From Octopus sinensis (Eukaryota): 64,000 nt of DNA. The translations under genes were made by a program, and so were the position numbers. Numbering within the stretch: the first letter of the stretch is position 1; the number at the start of each line of letters is the position of its first letter. Under the pieces are notes generated by a model, which was not told where the DNA came from, searched no databases, and saw only the letters and a program-made list of their open reading frames with translations. Location of the stretch: assembly GCF_006345805.1 (NCBI RefSeq), contig NC_043007.1, positions 62,930,001 to 62,994,000 on the forward strand. The letters run 5' to 3'. Shown here in pieces: positions 50,675-63,055 of the stretch.

Positions 50675-51789
50675 TATATTTATGCTTATATTTATTCAGT
50701 TTTGAGGCTTGCACCCATTACTACCCTGAGTTTTCTGCAAAATAGAAACAAAACAACTCCATATCAACAGTGGGTTGTATGACTTTGAATAAATGAGTAA
50801 AACTGTATACGTTTTTGTTATTACTACTGGATATATGTGTGTGTATGTATACTTTATATAAATGTATACTTTATATACATGGCTTGGTGTGTGTGTGTGC
50901 ATATGCACATGTTGTGTATGCTTTAACATCCCATTCGATGGCTGAATATGCCACAGAATGAGATGATGTAATGCTGATTAGGATTAATGCCTATTCTCTG
51001 TTTGGTAGAATTGAAGTAAGTACTATTAGTTGCTGTAATCTCACATCAAAGCATAATATCAGTGTTTGAATACTTACAATGACCTTTTACCAAAAATATC
51101 TTTTAACCTTTGTCTTCACAGAAGACTGAAATGTATCTTGCTATGTATCCATGAAGCACCATTTTGATATGTATGATTATAAAGGTGTTCATAGCTTAAA
51201 TGTTTCTCATGACCACTTTTGGCTTCTTCCCTCCTGCTTTAGAATGCTGCCTCTCCCATCAGTTTTCTGGTTTCATTTCATCCTCTCTTAAATCAGTTAG
51301 TTATACTGTGTATCTAGTGTTTGTCAAGTCTCCATGTATGTCTTCTGCTCTGTACATACTGTTGAGCTCTTTTCTTGCATTTCTTCAAATTTTCACATCT
51401 ATGATTTTTTTTTCTTAATACTCAGATATCTTAATTAAGTGGAATAAAATATCCCATGTCTGCTTTTAATATCAAGATTTTTTTTTTACATGCACAAGGT
51501 TATACATTACATTAACATACTTGTTTGCATACACTTGCATATTTGTGCAATCATGATTACATACTCTAACATTTAATACATGCATATAGCTGCATAAGTG
51601 CATGCACATATGCATAGGCTTCAGTTATTTTTACTATCTTTCTAGTGACAAAAACAAAATCATATCCTCTTATTTCACTAATTATTGAACCATAAGTTTT
51701 GGAATCGTTGCTGTGCTTTAAACTTTTATTGATCAGGGAATACATCAAACTTATATACAGAATAGTAAGAAAATCTATAAGCAGGGCAC

Positions 51790-52040
51790 ATCATCTATGA
51801 CTTCACGCCAAAATTGAAAAGATCTATATTGACAGGAGAATAAGACGAAGGGATATAATATCACCCAAACACTTTAATGCTGCTCTGGAAAGCATCTTTA
51901 AAAAGTTTAACTAAGATGAAAAGGAAATAAATGTAAATGGTGCATTTTTAAGTTATTTATGCTATACTGACAACATGGTCCTCTTCTCAAAATTATGCAC
52001 GTAAACTGGATCAAATGTTAAATGAACTGAACAGTGAAAG
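51790..52040 (+). mobile_element. RTE-type RT fragment of a different subfamily, decayed
   Basis: Reads GDIISPKHFNAALESIFKKFN*DEKEINVNGAFLSYLCYTDNMVLFS. Confidence 0.7.
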
Positions 52041-52059
52041 TAATATGTACGTGTACTTG

Positions 52060-52680
52060 CATTCACCTGAGGTGGGTTGAACCAGCTCCAACCAATGAGT
52101 TCTCCACATCACTCACAAATGCTGACCACAACAGACAGTCGGCTGCAGTCAAGGAGCATAGATGCCATAGCTGTAGTTGTCATTCACTCTTGAGGTGTGG
52201 AGCTCATGTTTGGAGTTTCCGTGAGAATACTAGTTCACATGTGATCCCTGGTCACATGCATTCACACTTTGGGATAGTGTTATCTGTAGCACCTCATCTT
52301 GCTGTTGATTGTCACCCATTACAGAGGATTCACTGATCAAGTCACTGTCAGTTATCGGAGCAGGCATGGCCTGGATTTGAAGCAGGTACTAAACACATGC
52401 TTTTACAAAATGTAAGGGGTATCTCACTCCCAATGGCCTTCCAGCACACCAGACACCAACCTGAAATTTCTGAGGGCTTGTGCTAATGGTAGATAGTCAT
52501 TGAGCCTACACGAGGTTCATCTGTCCTTTTGACAGGTTTTATTTTTAGTCCTGCTGGGTTTCTAGCAACCTCCTCACCAGACAAGCAAGCCTAGTAGGGG
52601 TGCCGGTTTAATCACCAATGACCTGAATATGCAACAGGTTGTACTGAATTCCATGTTACCCGTAGCACTCATGAGATACT
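52060..52680 (-). mobile_element. GC-richer segment resembling a LINE (RTE) 5' UTR and endonuclease start
   Basis: Contains GGCTTGCTTGTCTGGTGAGGAGG and AAAACCTGTC motifs that resemble RTE 5' UTRs as recalled. Family and orientation are inference. Confidence 0.4.
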
Positions 52681-52684
52681 CCGG

Positions 52685-52805
52685 TCCTGCTAGTAGTCAT
52701 ATGCTTATCTCAAAGCTTAAGCCATACAAGTGTAAGTTCATGCCATAAATGAATGGTGAAACCATGAATGGCTCAGGAACCAGACCTAATCCTTGGGATC
52801 GTATT
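52685..52805 (+). rRNA. Decayed 18S rRNA 5'-end fragment (pseudogenic, roughly nt 12-130)
   Basis: 52685-52737 matches the invertebrate 18S start as recalled (TCCTGCCAGTAGTCATATGCTTGTCTCAAAGATTAAGCCATGCATGTCTAAGT) at 47 of 53 positions. GGTGAAACCATGAATGGCTCA (52755-52775) and CCTTGGGATCGTA follow at the expected spacing. Confidence 0.9.
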
Positions 52806-54769
52806 CCTCACTGTGAAGAGAAAGTAATATAGCAGGACTAAAAATAAAAGTGAAGAAAATACAAAACCTGTTCAACAGCCATGCAAAGTGTGAAGTCATC
52901 GAAGTTAATTATGATACCAAGCTAACTAAATTCTTTTGGACAGCTGGTAAAAGTGAAATACAACCCTTTTGAAGATAGTAAAAACTTGAATTCAAATTCT
53001 ATTATCTTTTTGGTAAATTAATGTTATAAAAAGTAAGAGGTCTCATGTATGACAGCAGCAACTTCTGAAGCAGGTAAAATACGGAATAGAAGCATAAAAC
53101 AACATAATGCAGTATGGAAAACTGCTTGTTAGAAATTACAAAACACAGAAAAATTTATCAGTGGATTACAGATTAAATTAAAAATACATCATTAACCATA
53201 TTAAGAGGAGGTAGTGGAGACAAGTTGAGCATGGGCCCATACAAATGACAAGAAATAGATATTGCTGTGTATAGAATGAAAGCTGAGAGAGACAGTCAGA
53301 TATTTTGAGAAGATTGAAAGACAATGTTGAAGTTACATTATGGGTGTTACATGAATGAGAGAGATTCAGGAGAGTTACAGTTGGTACTAGCTTGGGGTGG
53401 CCTTCGCTTTGAACTGGGGTGAGAATGGCAATTCTATTTTATATATGGCAATTATAAGGCAATTCTATGTTATATAGTGATGTAATTTAAAACCATTTTA
53501 AACATCTCATTTTACATAGCTACTGGAAGTAAATATCAGATCATTTTAGATTGCTGGATAAGATAGACCAGTATTGTATCTAGTAATGAAATTTATCCCA
53601 TCTTTAATAGTGACAATGGCCTTTAAAAGTGCCATTGGACTTGAAAGATATTTGTATACTGTTCCAAAATTAAAGACATAAAATTAGTGACCCCATGATG
53701 GTAGTGTTTGTTAGAGAGTAATTTAAAACTGTTTCAGCTGTGTAGGAAAAAAATGCAAAAATCTCTCTGGTTAGTGATTTGCGTGCCTCAGGTTTGCCAT
53801 AACGTACCAGTTTATTGTTACTCGATTTTTCAATAATTAGCTGTTCAGATTTCAATTTTTGTCATTCAACTAAGCTTTTCATTCTTTTTTTTTTTTTTGT
53901 ATTGTTAAATCTATGCCGATAATTTACAGCCATTGATTATATTGACTATAATCCTTCATTTTTAAAGTTATACTTGTACCTAGTCAGATGAAATCATGTA
54001 TACTGTGTGTGTGTGTGAATGAGAAATCAATGAGGGAATTGTTTTGAATAATAATCCACATTTTTGATTGAAAGACTTTTCAAAAGTTCATAATTCTTAA
54101 GATAAAACTGAAATATAGTCATGATTTTGAATGATTAGAAATAAAAATAATTTAAAAATCCTTTCCTGTAACCATCTCGCAGTGGAATTAAACAAGATTA
54201 CATTTTTATAACAATTTAAAATGAAGCACATCAGAAGTAGGTTTGCAATAGTATGTGCATTTTTTATTTCCTTTTTCTTATCTTTTTTCATGCATCTCTT
54301 CCATTTTAATATAGTTTGGAGATACATTTATATTTCTTTAACAAGAATAATACTGACTATAACTTTGAAGTTTCAGCCAGCTAAGCCATCAACATTACAT
54401 ATATGTGCACATTTGTATAAAGTATTTTCTGTTTTTTTAGCACTCTTGATTTCCCCAATTCTTTGAATCATGAAATGGAATTCACCTCCATTTTAGCTTC
54501 TTTTTTAGCTTTTTCTCTTTTATCATACAAGTTTATTTCTGTGGCTTCTAAATACAGGATATGATTTTGAACTAGTCAATTTTTCCTTATCTTCATAAAT
54601 CTAAGTATGACCAAGTAATTAAGAAGTTTGCTTTGAAATTATTAAATCCCAAATTCAATCCCACTGGATTGTACCATTTGCTGGTATCTTTTACCATGAC
54701 CTTGGGTAGAGCTAGTACAAGGAATTCTAGGTGAAAACCCTCTGCCAGATAGATTGTGCCTAATATTTA

Positions 54770-54900
54770 AATGCTCAGCCTTGTCACATATTGTATCATC
54801 CTAATTCAACCTAAGAATTATGTTATGAGTACATGTGAATACTCAGCCACTTACATGTTAATTTAATGAATAGTTGATGAAGATAATCAAATAGTTGAAT
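54770..54900 (+). mobile_element. Decayed SINE-like repeat (ATGCTCAGCC...CTCAGCCACTTACATGTTAATTT)
   Basis: Recognised from memory as an octopus dispersed repeat; single copy in the window. Confidence 0.4.
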
Positions 54901-55011
54901 GTTCTTCATCAAAACCAGTACAGGATTATCTCACCCTCCAGATTTAGGATATAGTTAACCAGTAGGATGGGATTTCAAAGTTCCAGCAGAGGTATTGAAA
55001 TCATAGATTAA

Positions 55012-55229
55012 CCCTATTGGGAAACCCCAGCCTATTGATCAGCCCAAGTAATACAAGCTGAAAGGACTTTGCAGCCAATCCATAGGCCTGATGGAACAAA
55101 AGTTGTGAATGGTGGGTTTTGAAGTGTAACAGCTAATCAAAGATCATCTTTCAGTAGATGTATCTCTGTAGGAAAAAAGTTTTGATCTTTTTGGCTACAC
55201 ATACCAAAACATTGTGTCTCTTAAAAGGG
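55012..55229. mobile_element. Candidate piggyBac-type MITE, family 3 (218 bp)
   Basis: TTAA at 55008-55011 and 55230-55233. Left end CCCTATTGGGAAAC vs right-end reverse complement CCCTTTTAAGAGAC (10 of 14 match). Confidence 0.55.
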
Positions 55230-55899
55230 TTAACAGCCTATCTGAATGTGTATGACAAACTCCTTAACTATACAGTCCAAAGTAGCTGATTTACAGACAA
55301 GGTTGCAATATATTCAAGAAAATAAATAAGTGTACAGAGAGAAGAGGAAGTCAAGTTCCCATAGGACACACTGAACAAGAACAATGACAGTAAAGTAAAC
55401 AGAAATTGCTGAAAAAAATACAATTATCTACTGTCTATTTATATCTCTTTTACTTTTTGTATGTCTCTCTATATATATGCATGTGTGTGTATATGTATAT
55501 AAAATTTTGTCCATGTTATTTTATTGTTCAGCTCTGGTCAAAATCCCTTGGGGGTTTTTGAAACCCCTGACCAACTCTCTGAACATTCTTTAATAGTCTT
55601 TGGTAGTAGGAATTTATGGTGTTAGTTCCTGTTGCTTTCAAGTTTTAGTGAGTGTATTTTTTGTTATTGTACTCAGAATGATGGCTATGCTTCCTTAGTA
55701 TTTGTGGGCTAAGCATGGACCATTATCTCCGTGCTTTTAAAATGTATCTTTTGGGTATATATCACTGGCCATGTCTATTTTTGATGCCAGCCATGTTGCA
55801 TATTAAATAATTTCACTTTTTATCAGTGAAAACATTCTAATTATATTTATCTTTGACTTTTCATGTCTTGTTATTCACGGAATATGGAACTCATCATGA

Positions 55900-57030
55900 G
55901 TATTAAAGAAAAATAGGGTACAATGATTCATATGTTTACTATGAATTTGCTTTCATCTATAGACAAGAAAGGATGCAATGTGCTATTTGTTACCTACATT
56001 TGGTAAATGATTCTCTGAAATCAATAGCGTTAAAGCAACAACTACTGAATGTTCCTCCTCAACACGAGCAAGGATGAAAGTTTTATTTCTTTAAAAGCAT
56101 CAGGGGAATGCTCTCAAGAAGATGAAGCTGGATTCAACGGGAGTATTACAAGAAATGAACCAAAAGATCACTGAAGCTTTGTCTGTTGTAGCAAAACAGA
56201 AAAAAAAAATCCCTGCTATAATTGAGGAAAGTTTGATCAAAATTAAAATGGTAGAAATTGTATTGGGAAATGGATTGGAGAAAAAAGAAACTTGGAGTTA
56301 TTTCACTATCGAACAGTACTTTTAAAAGAAGGATCAGCAAATAGCCATTGACATCAAAGGTCAAGTTGTGCAGATCAATTCAGTAACATTTGGCTTATTT
56401 TCAATTCAAATTGATGAATCAACTGATGTGGTATTATGTTGGCAGTTACTGGTGCTTGCAAGATATGTTCACCCTGGTACATTTAAAGAGGAATATCTTT
56501 GTTGTTCTCTTGAAACGAAAACCAAACCTCAGAAAATTTTTTGTAAGAAAGCTGCCATGTGCAACCTGGAAAATTGGATGAGAAAGGTCAATATTAAAAA
56601 TATTGCAGTGTTTGAGAAACTGTTATCAATTCTTGCTGCTGACCAAGAGCTTTCATAATTTGCAAAAAAATTAAATTATGCAATACTTGACAGCACTGAA
56701 AGTGCAAAATCTATTCAAATTATCAATAGTAAAAGTTCCTGATGACTGTCAAGATGAATTCCTGGAGTTAAAGACTGATTTGCAAGCAAGAGATGTATTT
56801 GATCAGAATTCAGTCACAAAATTTTGGCCATTAATGTGCAATTCTTACTTAAAAGTAGCAGAAACAGCTATCTATTCATTGCTTCCATTTGTGTCAAGCT
56901 ATCTTTACAAATCAGGATTTTCAACTCTGTTGCAAGTGAAAATGAAGTAGATTTAAGGTTGAAAGTTACTTGCATTGTATCTTCCTCCATGTCTCACAGA
57001 ATTGGCAAACTGAAGCATGTTTCAATTAAC
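55900..57030 (+). mobile_element. hAT (Charlie/Buster, ZBED8/SCAND3-like) transposase remnant
   Basis: FSIQIDESTDV...QLLVLARYV...KEEYL and a C-terminal LLPFVSSYLYKSGFSTL dimerisation motif; many frameshifts. Confidence 0.85.
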
Positions 57031-58531
57031 TTTAGTCTGTCAAGTAATTTGGTATGACTATAGAAATGACAGTATTTGTTTGACAAGACACTCCTTGGTA
57101 ACTATCACATGAAACCCAGACAAAGAAACAGGAGCACTTTCATACACAAATCTTAACATTAGCCTGTAACTCTTTAAGTTTGATCCTGCTACACTCTACT
57201 TTACCTAGTCATTTGTTCTATCAATTTAAACTCTCTTTATATTCTTTTGGATGAAGCTGGGTGCCTCCTCTCTTCCTCCTCATCTACTGGTAGGTGTTGA
57301 AGAATGGTAAGTTTGGGCTATGTATCTTAACTGCAAGTAGAAGCAGATGCTTACTAAATTTTAATTAAATCTGCTGTAATGTATGAAGTGGCTAAAACTT
57401 AAACTGTTGATTGTGAGCATACTGGTAAATGTGGGGATGATTCTGTAAGAAAAACTCAGTAATTTCTTGAAACTAGCTACTTATTTATCTAGAAAAACTG
57501 CAATATCTCCTCTTTTCTAATTTTTACTTACTTTTAAACAGCTTCAGGAAAATCAAACCTTCTTTCTAAAACTTATTCCTTATCTTTGATAAATATTCTA
57601 TCATTGAAAAATCATGTTCCCTACTAACACTATATCTCTTCTCTGTATCTTCATTGTTTGTGTATATTGTGTAAAATTCTTGTTCTTGATTTAGATTTAA
57701 TTATATGTACACTGAGTTTTATTTTCATTTAGATGATTTCTGGTAATCTGTTGAAGGATTTTTTTTTGTGTGTCCTGTCCATATATTTAAGCAGATTATC
57801 CTAAAACATTTATTCTGGGTGTTTTTTATAAAAATCTAAGCAACTCTTGTTTATAGTGAAGTTATATATTTATAAATTGTTTATCCATATATCTGTTGTT
57901 TTTGTACAGATAATTCAGATCTGCATTTTATTCTGTCAACTTCAAATGCTTTGGATTATTTAGATTATTCTCTGAGTTGAAATAACACATAGGATGCATT
58001 TTCTTGAGTGGCAATAATAATACCAATGTTGGTCGAATTAACTATATCTTATAAGAAAGGTTTGGGTCTTTTTAAAAGAAACTATTATTGCACTACTGTT
58101 TTATGACTGTTTTAGTTTTACTTTTTTTATTTATTGTGTTCATGCTGCAATATTGACTTTAGAGAAGTGGGAATAGAGATGTGATCTTTATGCCCTTCCC
58201 AAGGATATTAATAATGTGAATGGGATGAAATTGTTCTGCTTGGAGCTTTTCTGTTTTCTACATTACTCACCACTTTAAATTTAATCATTAGTTGTTTGTC
58301 TGAGTAAAACCACATTACAATCAATGTCTATTTCCTAACTTTACATAGTTCCTGTATGTTTGTTTGTAGCTAATTTTATTCTTTTTTTTTTCATTTTCCT
58401 GAAAGAAACTTTGTGCTTCCAAGTAATGATATATTACAATTAATAATATCACTATCTTCTCTCAGTAGGAGGTACTAGCCAGAACTTAATTTTCATTAAA
58501 TACTTAATGCCTTTACTACAGAGTGAAGCCC

Positions 58532-58620
58532 TCATCATTTAGCATCCACTTTTCCATTGCTTGCATGGGTCAAATGGAGTTCTTTAAAGCAGACTTTCTG
58601 TGGCTGGATGCCCTTTTTAC
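58532..58620 (-). mobile_element. SINE/RTE tail fragment
   Basis: CATCATTTAGCATCCACTTTCCAT...GCATGGGTC...GGCTGGATGCCCTT. Confidence 0.65.
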
Positions 58621-61214
58621 ATACCCTTAAAAAAGAGAACAAAATGAAATGTATAATCTTTGAGTTGATTCCATTGTGGCACCAGTTTTCTGCTGAGGAT
58701 ATTACATTAAAGTTTTGTTTTGATACAGATTAAGGAAGGACTTCTCAACATTACAGCTATGAAAGAAGTCAGGTTATTCTAAGCAGGATTATAGTAGCAA
58801 AAAATCTTACCTGAACTAAGGAATAAGTAATGTGGAAGACTAATATGCTTATAACTGTCAAATGTTAGAGCTGAAAAAAAGTTGTGTAGCAAGATTTTAG
58901 AAATATTTGCTTTCTAAGTATATAAATGTTGGCTCAAGTTGCTTCTCAACTCCCAGTTGGGATTGTTGCAGAGTGCCTGTTATGTTATACTACTTTAGAT
59001 AAACTGCAACTATCATGTTTTCTTCCATAGGTAAAATATTTTTAAAGGCATGACTTCACTAAATACTGTAATCATTTTTCAGAACCCATTTACTTATTGG
59101 TTACCTTTTTCTCCAACGCATTCCTCGTATAAATGTATGTGTGTATGCATGTATCATATGTTTTAGTTGTACATTATCTGATTGTTGAAAATCTTAACTA
59201 GTATTAGGCTTACTTTATCTATCTTTTCATTATTGTAATAGGATATAATTTATCGCATTATTTCCACGCTATTTTATCGTTTAGAGAAATGCTATTGTAT
59301 AAATAAAAATTGATCAAAATTTCATGCACTTAAAATTGATTGAGGTAATTACATTTCTTTTTTTCCAACATGATCTCATTTATTCTCAATTTTTTAAAAT
59401 GTTTATTGGATGCTCACTTATTTTCAAATTGAAGAACATAACTCTAACTGCAAGATCAGTAATCTAATTTATATTTGAAAAATGGAATTAGGTAAACATC
59501 TAAACAACATATGAACTAAATCTCCCCTTCTTTAATAATCTGAAAAATTTAACATCTCCATGTATTGATAGTATTAAACATTTTACATCAAAATTTGTTC
59601 CTTCCATATACCTGTACACCATTCAAGAGCTGCAGTTATGTCATGCTATGCTTTCAACAATGATTTGTATTTTGTCACTAGCACTTTGCTATGTCTAACT
59701 AAAATTTAACCCTTACAAGCTCTAACCATTTAACTAAATAGTGGAGAATACAGTTTTCTAAGTTGAGTGTATTTGTTGAATGTTCTATTAGTAGCAGTAT
59801 TTTCTTCAGATTCTCTCATCACTTTCAAATTTAAGTTTTTTTCCTTTTGAGTTTTCAGTTTCTCATCTGCATTTATAAAGAATGATTTTGGTTATGAAGT
59901 AATTATGTTAATTTAAAAGAACAATATAAATAAATAATCTCAAATTTTATATTATTTTTAGACTTTGTAAAACAATTTCTGACATCTAATTTTGCTAGTA
60001 CAATTCAGAGATTAACGTTTGTGAAAAAAACCAGCCAACCGACAAAAAAATTTTAAATGATAATATAAAGACAACAAATAATGTATCTACAAATTATAAG
60101 TTGATGTTTTGTATAGATTTCTTGTCAGGATTGCTGTTTATCTATTGAAAGAAAAGCTGAGCTAATTGTTATTATGGCTCCAGTCTTTCATAGACCATTC
60201 GCTGTTAAGTTACCATATCAACTAACATTTTCTGTTTCTGGCTGCAATGTAAATTGTTTTCTCTAAGTTCAGTAGATCCGTTGCTAGCTCAGATCCCAAT
60301 GTCTAGAAAAGAAAATCAATACTGTCTGATTTCCGTTTCCAATCTTCCTTCAGAAAATCATTTGTGATTGGTCCTTCTTCGATCACCATTAGTTATTCGC
60401 TGTTCCCATTACATCATGGTTTCAAGCCTCTTTTTACAACATAGTCTTTCAGTAGCACTGTACTCCCCTCTGTTCACCTATTCAATGATATCTGCATGTG
60501 AAAATTCTTTGATTTGACTTGCAATACATTCTATTGGGATTTCTTAGAAACGATTGATTTCATGTTTCATAGACTGGCCTTTCTTGAGGAAGTAATAAAT
60601 ACTATTGATTAATCGTTTTGGTTTGTGCTTAAAAGTTTATTGTTATTGGGGTAGGAGAGGCAGTGGGAGTTGCCAAAAATGGTGAAATGCCAGACTATAT
60701 GCTCGACTGCATTTATTTAGCTTAATCATTTTAAGCTAAAAGTTCAGTTCTTGTCATTGCCAACTTTACCTTTTTATGAAGTCAAAAAAAATCAGATACC
60801 AGTTATATATTTAAGTAAATTCGTTCAACTATTGTTCCTTAGAAAAGTTAACCTTGTTCCTCATTGAAGAAAATCATTACAAATAGCATTGGTGAAGCTA
60901 GTGTGCCTGCTTGTAATAAGTTTTATGGTACATCCCTAGCCAAATTCAGTGGCTTTTAGAATTATTATATGCATGCACATACAATTTAACAGATATTTTT
61001 CAAAAATGTGTTTTTAGATTTTTTAATTTATCTAGTCTGTGTATATACTGGTTATTGAGTTGGATAAAATGGCAAACACAAGTAATGTGGTTTTACATAG
61101 CCTTAAAATGATTAGACACAGGGTTTCAGGTTCAATTTGACAGTTTCCATAAAAGGAAGAGAAAAAACAATATCTTATCCAAAAATATCAACTAGATTAT
61201 GGCTGAGAGATAAC

Positions 61215-61620
61215 AGTTTATTCAAAGTAGCTACCCCAGCTTCCACTATGGCCTCAAGATAGCTCCAGAACCTTGTGCATTCATTCCTCACTGTGTCCAT
61301 GGGCAGTTCTTTGAACTCCTCTTTGATCTTGGCAACCAGCTTAGCCTTGGTATTTCAGGCAGAGTGGTTGGTGCTTTTCTCAACCATCTTCCACACATAG
61401 TAATCCATGGGATTATAATCAGGGAATTAGGAGGCCAGCAATTTGGACTGGTAAAGTCATAGAAATTCTCTGACAACTACTGCTGATTCTTTCCAGAGGT
61501 ACAGCAAGGAGCTAAACCCTTCTGCCACACATATGGCATTCCTGCAGGAACCTTCTCCAGCCAGTTATTGTGCTTCCAGTAGCTTCACATAGCCATCTAA
61601 ATTGAGCCTAAAGCCCTGTT
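61215..61620 (-). mobile_element. maT-type transposase C-terminal fragment
   Basis: ENFYDFTSPNCWPPNS / YNPMDYYVW / KLVAKIKEEF / FWSYLEAIVEA parallel the 50188-50551 frames. Confidence 0.8.
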
Positions 61621-61985
61621 GGGTGAATTCAGGTGTGTAGATGCAGTTTGAGTACCTGCTGAATGCTGGCTGGCCACAGCTTTATAGTCTCCATTATGGC
61701 CCTCTATGTCACATTTTACAACCTTTACAGTGTTCACAGAGCATTGAGCAGCAGTCATGATGTCAGCATTTTGATACCTAGTGCAAATTATCGTGATTCA
61801 AGTAACTCTTTTCCAATATTCAGATGGTTTCCTGTCCTTCATGTCAGCTAACTTTTTCTCAATTATAACTTTTATACTCTCCAACATTGTTGATTGTTCA
61901 CCAATACATCAAGCAGTTCTTGAAAAAAGAAGACATAATAATCATCAAATTTAACTCAAACACCTTGTAGTCGGAATGCCTTTAA

Positions 61986-63055
61986 CCCTTTCGTTACTAT
62001 ATTTCTGACCAAAATACACCCCTTATGTGTTTCAATTAATTTCTAACATAATCGTAAATTTAGTCTGGTTTCATTAAACAACTATAACTTTTTTATTTAT
62101 CAATATATTAATGTGATTTTTGGAAGATAATTTAATGAAATGTTCTCAACCAATTCTATACTATAATTTTTGTCACAAAGTGACTCTAATTGCAGGTAGA
62201 TACAGGTAAATTCAACAAAATATAAAATTATTAAAATTTTGTTCAAACATCGCTATAGAAAATGGGTTATTAGCTAATATTCAGTTGGGTATACAACAAA
62301 ATTTTATGATAGAATTTGTTATTCTGGGTAACTTTCTGATACCCATAATAATATTTAAGGCAAAATAGTCTTAATTTCATTTAAGGTTGTGGGAAACCAC
62401 TAACTATCCTTTCTTTCACTTTGTTTACATTTAGCGTAACGGTTCGTTTCCGCCGTAATGAGTTCAAATAGACTCATCGGAAAAAGTAAAAAGAAATAGT
62501 CTATCACTTTACTCTCCTGGGAAAGTCTGTGGCTTGGTCCAGTTTCTTCAGAAAAATCATCGAAAGAAACAGTTTTTAAATTTTCACTCCATTCAGGTGC
62601 CAATTCATTTTCTTTATCGCTGTTTTCACTGATTCACTGTTTTCACTTTCGGAAAATGAAACATCAGATCCATTATCAAATACCACGTGCTTTTTTTTTT
62701 TTTTAAGTCATAGAGTTAGATTTCTTCAGTAGAAAATCCTTCGAATTCTGACTCGCTGCTTGATATAATGAAATTCGTATCCATTTTTTGTCATAATTAC
62801 AAATTTTGAAAACACAATAGGAACAAATTTCAGAAAAAAATCTCCCAAAATTCACGGAATTAAAATTACACTTCGATCGTTGTACAAAACTGTAGATTAA
62901 CTGTTTACGAAGTATAATCACTTGTTTTCACGAATGTACTAAAGGGATTTGCTCTGATATTCTCATTTAAATATGAATAGGTAAATACGGGCGGGTTTGG
63001 TCACATTAACCAAAATTTTTTTCGGGTGGCTTTGGGCAGTTTGGTAACGAAAGGG
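61986..63055 (-). mobile_element. piggyBac deletion derivative (1070 bp) with intact TIRs and an N-terminal transposase remnant
   Basis: TTAA at 61982-61985 and 63056-63059. Perfect 12-bp TIR CCCTTTCGTTAC/GTAACGAAAGGG. Minus-strand ORF 62400-62603 (GPSH...IDYFFLLFP...LITAETNRYA) continues *WFPTTLNEIK, typical of a piggyBac/PGBD N-terminus. Confidence 0.92.

Noticed and set aside
55545-55575. GGGGG-TTTTTGAAA-CCCC hairpin as a possible hAT terminus
   Set aside because: No partner TIR or 8-bp TSD was found at the other end.
57257-57306. Candidate symmetric 33-nt phase-1 Ena exon (SGCLLSSSSST), or a 50-nt exon ending at GTAAGT
   Set aside because: Weak acceptor (GGATGAAG), no protein similarity, and the longer form has a stop in the required frame.
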